Positions 53,677 to 64,000 of a DNA stretch of 64,000 nucleotides are shown here, one piece after another (the stretch's first letter is position 1; every line of letters begins with the position of its first letter). Source of the DNA: Piromyces finnis finn (lineage: Eukaryota > Fungi > Neocallimastigomycota); contig MCFH01000030.1 in NCBI GenBank assembly GCA_002104945.1, positions 496,001-560,000 of the forward strand. Direction: 5' to 3'. The position numbers were made by a program, and so were the translations under genes. Below the pieces are notes generated by a model that did not search any database, was not told the origin of the DNA, and saw only the letters and a list, made by a program, of their open reading frames with translations.

Positions 53677-55214
53677 ATGTCTGAAGATTCAGTGTGTACA
53701 AAAGAACATTGTTTATATTGCTTTGACGTATTAAATTCATATTTAACAGGTGAAAAAATAAAGAAACCAACTTTTCCAAATAAAAAATAGTAATTCTTTG
53801 TTTCTAAGTTATCTTTTTTATATATTTAATAAAAAAAAAGAATTGTATAATATTTTATACTTTACTTCTCATTTTTATATATATTTCAATTTACAATTTA
53901 TAAATAACAATATTAATAATGAAATTTTAATACAACACAATAATGATAATGATAATAATAATCAATGTTAATAATTAAAAAAAAAAAAAAATAAAAATTC
54001 AAATGATAAATTAAATTATTAAATGATATTAAATTTTAACAAACATTATTGAAATTCAAATTTTATATTACTATAAAATTTATTAATTTTTATTAATTTA
54101 ATAATTATTTTGGTTATAAAATTTTTACATTTTTGAAAAAAAAATGTTATTAAAAAAGTCCATTATTTGTAACATGGCATCTTATAATTCGTGGAGAAGA
54201 ATATTTAAGAGGATGTATTGGTAATTTTAAAGCAATGGAAGTTCATCAAGGTCTTAAACGTTATGCATTAATAAGGTTTTTTTTTTCTTCTTTTTTTTTT
54301 TTTATTTTCTTAATTTTTATTTTCTTAAAATAATATTATATTTTAATTTTTATATTTAATTATGTATTTAATAATAATGATAATAATAATTATGCTAAAC
54401 TTTTTTTTTTATCTACTGCTAACAAATTCTATGTTGCATATATTTTGAATGAATGATATATATAAAAGTTCTCTTCAAGATTCTCGTTTTGAACCTGTAA
54501 CAAAAAAGGAATTTCCAAAGTTAACTTGCGCTGTTTCTCTTTTACATGACTTTGAAGAAGTTGATGATATTTATGATTGGGAAGTTCGTATTTATTCATA
54601 AACAAACCAAAAGGAAAAAATGTATTTTATTATGTTTTATAATTTTTTATTTGAAACTAATTTAATTTTATATTTGTATAATATATATACAAAGGTTGGT
54701 GTTCACGGTATTTGGATTGGTAAGTTGAATATGATTATGATTGTGTATAAAAAAATATTTATTTATTATTATAGTTATTATATAATTGACAACAAAATTA
54801 TTTTCTTTTTTTAAAAATTAAAAAAATAACAAAACAAAACAAAATAATAACAAAAAAATTTTTTTTTTTTTTTTTTTTAGAGTTTGAAGACATTGATGGT
54901 GAAGAATTAACTGCTACTTTCTTACCAGAAGTTGCTGAAGAACAAAGTAAGATTATTTCATTTTATTTTTTATTTATTAAATTTAAAAATAATAAATAAA
55001 TCAATTTCTAATATATAAATGTATCAATTTAAAAAATGATAAAGATTGGTCAAAGAAAAAGACAATTGATTCTGCTTTAAGAAAAGGTGGTTATTCTGGT
55101 CCAAAAATTACTGAAGAATACCGTCAAACAATTAAGCTCACTCGCTATAGGAGTGATAAAAAATCAGTTTCCTATGAAGATTATTTGCAATATAAAGAAA
55201 CTAAAAATGAATAA
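53677..55214 (+). CDS. AMMECR1: AMMECR1-family protein, 6 exons
   Basis: Reconstructed exons give HCLYCFDVL, PLFVTW...LRGCIGNF, DSRFEPV...LTCAVSLL, WE|VGVHGIWI, ATFLPEVAEEQ and W...TIDSALRKGGY...LTRYRS. Confidence 0.95.
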
Positions 55215-55539
55215 GAAGAGAAGAAAAACATAAATATTTTTTTTTTATTATCTCTTTTTCTTTCTTTTCTTCATTTTTTTTTCTCTTATTCTTTTTTTTT
55301 TTTTTTTAATTAAAATTTTTGTAAATATCTTTTATAAAATTGGCATTTATTATGAATACCTTAAATAAAATATCATGAATTTTTAAGTTAAATTTGATCA
55401 ATAAATTATATAAATTATATATATATATATATTATCAGTTATTATATTTTAATAGTTTATGGATCATTTTTTTTTTAAAAAAAAAAACCTTGTTATTTTT
55501 GAGTTTTAATAACTTAGTTAATTTAATACTATTGAAAAA

Positions 55540-56300
55540 AAAGTAAAGATGCATTATCGTTTGATAAATTCTGTAATTTATTGATTTGTAGTTCATCATA
55601 AACTTCCACCAAGTATAATTATAAATAATTTTTCTTACTTCCATTTCAGAAAGTAAGTGATGAGCTGATTCTTATAAAAAATAAAAAATCATCAAGAAAG
55701 CTAAACGAAGAAATTCTATATTCAGAGAATCTAGATCATTGTAATATCTATTGATGAAAAGATTGTCATTCAACATGGACAGACACAAGGGCATTCAGGA
55801 GTAACTCTATTATTAGCAATAATAATTCTGGTAGTGTTTTAGTAACCATATCAAATATGAATAATCCAAGTAATTCCTAAATTTAAGTGAAGTTTGTTGA
55901 AATCAATATGCATTAAATAATTTGATTTAAGGAATTTGTTGTTAGTAATTATTTAAGCTACTATTATTCCAATAATGTTCTCTAATATCTTTAGTACTCT
56001 TAATATTAATTTTAATAAGTTTCTTTATGTTATAAAAAAATTAAAATAAAAAAAATTAAAAAAAAAAATGTTTAAATAAACTCAAATGAATAAAAATTGA
56101 GTATAATACATTCTAGTCATTTTAATTAAAGATTTTTTTTTTTTTAATGGCATCAAAAAAGTGTCTGATTGAATCTGACATTTGCAAAGTTCTTTTCATT
56201 CCCTTGAGAATTGTAGTTGGATACTGTTTTCCTGCTCCAAGAAGGAATTTTAATGTTTTATAGTTGCGCTAGCCCTCCTGGTCTGTTTTATCTGTTTCTT
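55540..56300 (-). mobile_element. Scrambled LINE remnants (degenerate zinc-knuckle piece, 3' UTR, poly(A) joined to internal segments)
   Basis: CAACATGGACAG at about 55771 matches the CPxxCPC region of the long copy. 56020-56133 matches the 3' UTR, about 56167-56260 matches about 16836-16928, and about 56263-56297 matches about 16665-16700. Confidence 0.75.
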
Positions 56301-56802
56301 TAATATTAACTTTTCTTTTAAAAAATTGTAACTCTCTCACACACACAATCTTACATTTTTATATAATTTTGTTTTCAGAACATATAAATTTATATTTTAT
56401 TATTTTTTTTTTATTTCGTTTTCTTTTTATTTTTTTATATAGTAATTTACCTCCTTTTCGTGAGAAATAGATAGCAATAAAAAAAAGTTTATTCTTTTTT
56501 TTTTACTACCTTTTTTTAATCTTTTATCAATAAAATTATTAAAATATAAATTACTATACTTTCTATATTATTATATTCATCATAAAGTATTTCTTTTAAT
56601 TTTTTATAATTATTTTATTTATTAATTTATTAAATAATATTGAAAAAAAAAATATTTTTCAAAGATAGGTATTATTTAAAAAATTTAATAATATTTTTTT
56701 TAAATAAGAAATAGGATATATGATATATATATTTTAAATTATTTTCTATAACTAAATATATTTATATTTATTAAATTATATTATTTCTTTTTAGAAATAA
56801 TT

Positions 56803-57696
56803 TTACATAAAGACGACCATAATAGTGGCAATAATAGCAAATACAGAGTAAGTTAAAGTAGCCTTGGCATCACTGGTTGAGTTAGCCTTAATGGTGGAAG
56901 TAAGAGTTTTAGTAACAGTAACCTTGGAAATTGGAGTAGAACCAACACCTGTACCTGAAACTGGAACAACATTGCTAGAACCACCAGTACCGAATGAAGA
57001 ACCAGTATTTGGACCAGTGGCACCAGTAGCACCAGTAGCTGGACCAGTAGCAGCACCAGTAGTTGGACCAGCAGAAACAGCAGATCCAGTACCACCAGTA
57101 ATAGTGAATTGAGAAGAGTAGGATTCACCAATACGAATGTAGTAAGTACTAGAGGATGGTGGGTATTTTGAAGTATCAATACCAGACTATTTACAATATA
57201 AAATATTAAATAAAATATAAAAAGAAATAGAAATTATTAATATAACATTTTTGATTATCTTTTTTTTTCAATATTACTTATATATTATTTCTTTTCAACA
57301 TACTAAATCAACAACAGCCTTTCCAGCAGCAATATCTGGAACACTAGTGGTGTAAATTGGAGCACCTTGGAAAGTGTTTGGAGCAGCTCCATTAAGGAAG
57401 AACTATATATAATGTATTATAAAATATACATTTTTTAATCAGTATTGATACATATTTATATTTTTGGTACTATTTAAAATAATTTTTTTCTTAATTTTGC
57501 TGAACAAATAATTTCATACAAGTTCTAAAGTCTTTGGACCAGATTGACCATTTGGCTTCCACATACAAGTTTGGCTTTTACCGAAAGCCCATTTTGAAGT
57601 TTGAACTGGTTCGGTAATGTATGGGATATTGGTTGCTTGACCGAAAATGTAAGCTACTTGAATAAGTAAAAGAGTAATAATGTATGCAGATTTCAT
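56803..57696 (-). CDS. Secreted Ser/Thr/Gly-rich GPI-anchored protein, Kre9/Knh1-like N-terminal domain, 3 exons
   Basis: Signal peptide MKSAYIITLLLIQVAYIFG, ITEP...W...W, YYIRIGESYSSQFTI, a Gly/Thr/Ala linker, and a hydrophobic C-terminus (YSVFAIIATIMVVFM). Introns are GT-AG. Confidence 0.85.
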
Positions 57697-58645
57697 TTTT
57701 AATTTTTATTTATTTTTTTATTTTTTTTTATTTTAATTTTTTTTTTGAAGGGATTTTTGCTTTTTATAGCCTTTTATTTATTGAATGGTATATATATAAC
57801 AATAAATTATTATTATTTGTTATAATGAAATAGGAATATATGCTGCCAGCCTTTTTTATTTATATGAAAACAATTCATGATACTAAATTAAGACTAGTGT
57901 TAATTGACCAATAAAAATCATATATAAATATATTCTTTATAATTGGGAAATATATTAGAGTTTAATGTAGCATAAATAAAACTAAATTAATTGTATCATT
58001 AATATATTAATATCATCTATATATCCAGAATAATAATAATTAAAATTATTATAATAAAGTTTATTAATTAATACTTTTATTTATGTAGAAATTCAATAGG
58101 TTCTATTTATTAATATATATTCTATTTTATTATTATTTTTAGTTTTATTATTTAAATTAATTATTATAATTACATATATCAACAGTATAAATTACTATTT
58201 ATTAATTAAATATTTAATATAATACAAGTTATTAAATGATTTAAATAAAACAAATTATAATAAAATTGAATTAATATATTATACCATTTATTACATTTAT
58301 TATAACAAATAAATTGTAGACAAAATTAAAATAACTCAATTTTTTAATTGTGGTTGAATTCTATAAAAAGAATATTAAAAATATAAATAAAAAAAAGGCT
58401 AACAACCTCTTACACTAGACGAAATAGGTCTCATATTCTTGCCTTAAAATTAAACTCTTTTAAATTAGCCTAAAAAAATCTAACTCTTTTAAGTCTAAAA
58501 ATATAGATAGATCAATAATATAACCGAACTTATATTCAATATATTATTACAAAGGAATATATATTTTCTTTTTTTTTTTTATTATTTAAATATTTATCAT
58601 TATTATAAAGTCTTTTTTATTAAAAATTAAAACAATGAAACTTGG

Positions 58646-58774
58646 TTAAAACCATGAACAAATAATTTAATTTACCTATAATATTAGGTCAAAAAAAATT
58701 ATGGTACTATAATATTATAGGTAAATTAAATTATTTGTTCATGGTTTTAATTTTTTTTTTTTTTTTTGACCTAA
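58646..58774. repeat. Perfect 41-bp inverted repeat with an interleaved 15-bp inverted repeat
   Basis: 58646-58686 is the exact reverse complement of 58710-58750. 58684-58698 (TTAGGTCAAAAAAAA) pairs with 58760-58774. Confidence 0.92.
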
Positions 58775-60221
58775 CTAATACTAAAAATCTTAATACAATA
58801 ACAAATACAATAGTAAAATAAATATTACATTTTAATATTATTATTATAATATTTAAAATGTATTCATCAAAAATTAAAGTTTTTTTTTACCTATTTTTAA
58901 TAATTAATATATCAATATGAATATAATGATAATATATACAAAATATATTATGAATAAAAATAAAATAAATTGTTAAATTTAATTGTTATAAGATGAATTT
59001 CGAATTTGAAAAATAAATTAATAGCAAATATATGTTGTTTCATATTTATAAATGAAAAATATATTAATTAAATAAGATACCAATAAAAAGTAAATCAACG
59101 TATAATTATAATGTAATGTAATAAATGGTGTTATTCAATGAAAATAAATTAAATTTAAAAAAATAGTACAAACAACGGTTACTCTATAATAAATTTTTAC
59201 AACATATATTATAAATACAAATTATATTGGATAATGTTTTTATGTTTTTAATATAGTTAAAACATTTGTACATTAATGTATTAAAAATGAAAGTTATAAT
59301 GTTAGTTTATTGTTATAATAAGGAAAATGCAAAATTTCGTATATATATAATGAAAAAGGGTGATATTCATTTAAATTTAAAAATTATTATCAAATATGTT
59401 GTTAATAATACTATGCGATGCAATTATTTTTTATTTTAGTATATCATTATAATGTAATTAGCAAGTATAATATTAAAGTTTTAAAATAAAAAAAAATTAA
59501 ATATTAAAATTAAATTTTGGAGATTTTTAGATTTATAATAGATAAGTAAAATTTTAAATAATTATTTTTAAAATACATAATTACTATTAAAAAATGATAA
59601 AAGAATTAATAACAAGTAACAACAACAACAATAACAATATAGATCATAATAATAAACTTTAGAATATTTATACCTTTTATTCATAATAAAATAAATGATG
59701 ATATTCATTGATGTTTGATATTTAAATATAAAATTTTAAAATGGATGATCCATATTTTTAATGTCTTTAAAATATCATTTCGATAAATATAGAAATTTTA
59801 TAGTTTTCTTTTTTAAATTAAAATTTTTTTATTTTTAGTATTAAATTCAATTTTATTTAATTTATATATATATAAAATGCATGAAAATAGAACAATTCAT
59901 TTTATAGAAAATTAAAGTTTTTTATACCACATTCTTATATATTTCCCGGTTATATTTGAATTCCCACTATATTAAAACTATTATAATGATAAAGTAAAAA
60001 CATACAAAAATATTGCCATGTATTTAAAGAGAATAATAGTAAAAATATAGATTTTTCTGGAAAATTGTGTACAACAATCTTAATGCTTTTTTAATTATTC
60101 ATATATTTATAACTATAAAAGACATAAATAAAATGTTATCATATTTTAATTTTACAATATTTTATGCCATTAAAATATGAACGTTTATTGAAAATAAAAT
60201 TAGAAACCATCCTTCCATTAT

Positions 60222-60611
60222 TATTCAATTTTTATTGTTTATACTTTTAAATATCATAATAAATAAAGTTTATATCCATTCTCTATAAAAATTAAAACCT
60301 TTTATTTCAGTATATAAAAATAAAATAAGTAATTTATATTATATATTAGTAATATAATATTACATATATATTATAATTAATTTTAATATATTTATAATAT
60401 ATACTTAGCCATACTATTCAATTTTTATTGTTTATACTTTTAAATATCATAATAAATAAAGTTTATATCCATTCTCTATAAAAATTAAAACCTTTTATTT
60501 CAGTATATAAAAATAAAATAAGTAATTTATATTATATATTAGTAATATAATATTACATATATATTATAATTAATTTTAATATATTTATAATATATACTTA
60601 GCCATACTATT
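60222..60611. repeat. Apparently exact tandem duplication, period 193 bp
   Basis: TATTCAATTTTTATTGTTTATAC... starts at 60222 and again at 60415; no differences were seen by eye. Confidence 0.92.
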
Positions 60612-60738
60612 AAGTTAATTTAAATTATGTGTAACCCCAAATTATTCAATAATTTGTGTTACTAATTAATATATTATAAATTAATAATAAATTCAATTTA
60701 TAATCCCAGTTTATTATATTTTTCCATTGGACTAGTAA

Positions 60739-62436
60739 ATGAGAAACTTTAGAAGAAATAATAATTGTAATAAAAAACGTTTTTATCAAACATCATATTG
60801 GGAAGAGAATAATGATTATAATGAATCTTGTTATAAAGGAAAAAATAAATCAAAATATTATGACAGTCAAAGGCAATTTTATCAAACATCATATTGGGGA
60901 GAGAATAATGATTATCATGAATCATATTATGAAGGAAAAAATAAGTCAAAATATTATGACAGTCAAAGGCAATTTTATCAAACATCATATTGGGAAGAGA
61001 ATAATGATTATTATGAACCATATTATGAAAGAGGGAATAAATCAAAATATCATGAGAGTCATGACCCAAGTTTTCATATAATAAGGATGAAAAGACGTAA
61101 GATGTATGATAAAGAATATGAGAAGTCTTTACATAATGATTATAATTATCAAGAAACTGATTATGACTATAAAAGAAAAATTAAGGATTATAATTATCAA
61201 GAAACTGATTATGATTATAAAAGAAAAATTAAGGATTATAATTATCAAGAAACTGATTATAACTATAAAAGAAAAATTAAGGATTATAATTATCAAGAAA
61301 CTGATTATGACTATAAAAGAAAAATTAAGGATTATAATTATCAAGAAACTCAAGATTATGAAAGAAATATTAATTCAAAATATTATAATAATTACAATGT
61401 CCCAGATCTTAATAAAAGAATGATAAAAATACAAGAGATGTTGGATAAAGAGCAAGAATGTGAGGATGCTTTGCTTAATGGCTATAATTACCTAGAAGCT
61501 CTGGATTTTTTTAAAGAAATTTGTAAATACGAAAATTGCGTAACCCTAGTATGGGATAATGATGAACTTGATATAAATAGACTTTCAAATGTCGATTTTG
61601 GTAAATTCGATCAAAGAAAAAAATTTATTGATATGTTTGAAAATTATGATGGGAACGGTATTAATATCTCCATGCGGGTGAATTTTAGTTATGGAGGTTT
61701 TTGTCATGATATGTATATAGAACAGCCAGAGAGTTATGAATACGACACTAATAAATTTATATTCATCAATAATATTACTTTTAATGAAGAGCAGTGTTCA
61801 GATGAACGAGCTTATATAAAACCATATCTTTCGAAAAAAAATAAAAACGGAATTTTAGCAAAATTTATTAAATATCCAGAAAAGATTCAAAGCTTTGCAA
61901 TAAATGTGTTACGTATTATGAAACTTTCTCCAAAAGGTACTATACCTGTAGATTTATGGCCCAATTTAGATAGAGTATTGACATTTGAATCATTTGAAAT
62001 TGCAGGAATGATTTTGAGTACAGAAAGATTACGTAGCAAGAAAGCATTATTACTTTCATATATAGAATTTTACAAATTAAAACATGTTACAAATCACAAC
62101 GATAGTTTATCTATGCTATTGGATATGTTTGATAAGGATGGACCTACTTTAAGATTTCCGGCCTCTCCTGGAGGGATAGAAGCTATCCAAAAAACTTCAT
62201 ATTATTATATTTATAAAAGATTTTTGAATATGATCCAATATTCTCCAGAATATGAGATAATTCAACAGTGTAAAAATAGAAATATACAGCGCAATTTTAT
62301 GGATGAATTTTTTCGCGGTAAATTAGAAAAAATAAGTGCAGTATATGAAAATCGACCACCAAAGTTTAAATCTAAAATTAAATTGGCTATACAGGATTAC
62401 AAGTTGAAATCGAATACACCTCAAACAAAAAAATAG
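60739..62436 (+). CDS. Intronless orphan protein (565 aa): 31-aa repeats x3, 16-aa repeats x4, then a roughly 330-aa unrecognised globular region
   Basis: Long open ORF with repeats FYQTSYWxENNDY... and DYNYQETDYDYKRKIK. No family recognised. Confidence 0.75.
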   Translation: MRNFRRNNNCNKKRFYQTSYWEENNDYNESCYKGKNKSKYYDSQRQFYQTSYWGENNDYHESYYEGKNKSKYYDSQRQFYQTSYWEENNDYYEPYYERGNKSKYHESHDPSFHIIRMKRRKMYDKEYEKSLHNDYNYQETDYDYKRKIKDYNYQETDYDYKRKIKDYNYQETDYNYKRKIKDYNYQETDYDYKRKIKDYNYQETQDYERNINSKYYNNYNVPDLNKRMIKIQEMLDKEQECEDALLNGYNYLEALDFFKEICKYENCVTLVWDNDELDINRLSNVDFGKFDQRKKFIDMFENYDGNGINISMRVNFSYGGFCHDMYIEQPESYEYDTNKFIFINNITFNEEQCSDERAYIKPYLSKKNKNGILAKFIKYPEKIQSFAINVLRIMKLSPKGTIPVDLWPNLDRVLTFESFEIAGMILSTERLRSKKALLLSYIEFYKLKHVTNHNDSLSMLLDMFDKDGPTLRFPASPGGIEAIQKTSYYYIYKRFLNMIQYSPEYEIIQQCKNRNIQRNFMDEFFRGKLEKISAVYENRPPKFKSKIKLAIQDYKLKSNTPQTKK

Positions 62437-62993
62437 TGAAAACTTCTGAAACGGTACCATTACCAGAAAATGGCCTATCACCGAAGAATACTGAAAGGAA
62501 TGTAGTATGTCTAAATTCAAAAGTAAAGAATTCTAATAATAATGAATATTTTGATGATTATTTGAATAACATTTCAGATTCAGATTATGATTCTATTTTT
62601 AATAATGTGGTCTTTTCCTTGGAAACTAGCTCTAGTCAACATGGAGAAACAGAGAGTAGTTTAGACGAGGATTTCGATAATGATTTTGATAACTTTTCTG
62701 ATACAGATTACGACTCTATTGTTAATAATATTGTTTCTTCAGGACCTGACTCAAGTCAACAAGAAAAAACAGAGAGTAGTTTAGACGAAGATTTTGATAA
62801 TGATTTTGATAACTTTTCTGATACAGATTACGACTCTATTGTTAATAATGCAATTTCTTCACAACTTTGTTCAAGCCAATAAAGTAAAGTAGATGACTCT
62901 GATGAATATTTTGATGACTATATTAACAATCTATCTGATACAGATTATGATTCTATTGTTAATGATACAGTTCAGGTTACTAATACCTACTAA
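62436..62993 (+). pseudogene. Acidic repeat extension in the -1 frame, with an in-frame stop at 62880-62882
   Basis: Repeats of YFDDYxNNxSDxDYDSI and DFDNFSDTDYDSIVNN continue in the same frame past the TAA to 62993. The segment has no ATG start of its own and overlaps the upstream stop by 1 nt. Confidence 0.55.
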
Positions 62994-63063
62994 TATAAAT
63001 TATCACTATACCCATTATTATAAAAATGAAAAATAATTTTATTATTAACGATATACTTCATTG

Positions 63064-63225
63064 TATTAAATATATATTATAATATATTTTAATATATTTA
63101 CAATATAAATTTAGTCATATTATTTCATTTAATTTAAATTATGTAACCTTAAATTATTCAATAAATTGAATTATTAATTAATATATTGTAAATTAATAAT
63201 AAATTAATTCATTATTTAAAAATCC
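63064..63225 (+). repeat. Diverged direct repeat of 60551-60708, flanking the orphan ORF cassette
   Basis: Colinear matches such as TTAATTTAAATTATGT..AACC..AAATTATTCAATAA and TAATTAATATATT.TAAATTAATAATAAA. Weaker similarity extends upstream to about 63008 vs about 60463. Confidence 0.7.
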
Positions 63226-63736
63226 TTTAAGTTTATTGGTTATTTTTTAGGTAATTTTATTTGTTTTAATTCTTCTAATCACAAAAGTTTTATTATTTAT
63301 TATAGTTTTTGATTTATGTCACACAATATTTATGATTTGAATTTATTTAGTTAAATAATCATTCATTCATTTATTTCAATATTTTCTAAAAATTTGCTTT
63401 TAACCTAACCATTTATAATCATGAATAAAATTAAATATTTCATTACTTTTTTGCTATTAATAGTAAATATATTATTTACGCTTCAATTATATATTATTAT
63501 ATATTACCAATACTAATCAATTGCTATTAATTTATAATGTTTTTTTTTGTAATTTTTATCCTTTTTTTTTTTTTTAAAAAAAAAACTTAAAGTAATTTTT
63601 TTTTTTTATAATAAAAACAATAGTTAAAAAAAAAAAAAATTTAAAAGGAATTATCACTTACAAATTCATTTTTATATAAAGAATTATTAAAAAGAATTTA
63701 CTCTCAACCAATAAAGAATATAAATAAAATATAAAA

Positions 63737-63901
63737 ATGAAATCTTCAATTGTTGTATTATTATTTACATTAATTGTTGCTGCTTTTGCTGAAAAGGAAA
63801 TTGCTATTACAGAACCAAATCAAGCTACAGTATGGCAATTCGGTAATGTTTATGAAGTTAAATGGAATACTGAAAGAACTGGTCCTGCAACATTAAATCT
63901 T
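63737..63901 (+). CDS. Exon 1 of a second Kre9/Knh1-like secreted protein (continues beyond the window)
   Basis: Signal peptide MKSSIVVLLFTLIVAAFA, then ITEPNQATVWQFGNVYEVKW...GPATLNL|GTAAGT. The intron is at the same position as in the 56803-57696 gene (GPKTLEL|GTATGA). Confidence 0.8.
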
Positions 63902-64000
63902 GTAAGTTTTTCATTAATAAAGTAAAAAGATGTAATTTTTTTATAAAAATAAAATAACAAATGTGAAAAATGTGAATAATGAATTATCAAAATTATATTA

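Noticed and set aside
60708-60740. LTR retrotransposon primer-binding site (TGGACTAG...) after the left direct repeat
   Set aside because: It could not be matched to a known tRNA 3' end, the repeats lack TG...CA termini, and no polypurine tract precedes the right repeat.

Overview
Extremely AT-rich eukaryotic DNA with GT-AG introns and fungal-type genes; the composition and gene styles suggest an anaerobic gut fungus (Neocallimastigomycota), which is an inference. Host genes from left to right: two tandem intronless 7TM receptor-like genes, hexokinase, a two-exon membrane protein with a long acidic repeat and C-terminal SH3 domain, a SIZ/PIAS SUMO E3 ligase, NUR1/Mug154, NUDCD1, a FUSC/ALMT-like transporter, a Lys-rich hypothetical protein, AMMECR1, and two divergent Kre9/Knh1-like secreted or GPI-anchored paralogues. 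Non-LTR (LINE) retrotransposon pieces occur at 2.9, 13.7, 15.6-18.3 and 55.5-56.3 kb, including a recent copy nested inside an older copy of itself. The most interesting unexplained signals are (1) a candidate telomerase RNA core at 22.74-22.92 kb (hairpins, AACCCTAAC template, telomerase-like pseudoknot), (2) an intronless orphan repeat-protein cassette flanked by direct repeats at 60.5-63.2 kb with a slippery -1 frame junction, and (3) a tRNA-Ala-headed, LINE-tailed SINE candidate at 1-500. All structure and homology calls were made by eye, with no database searches or folding software.
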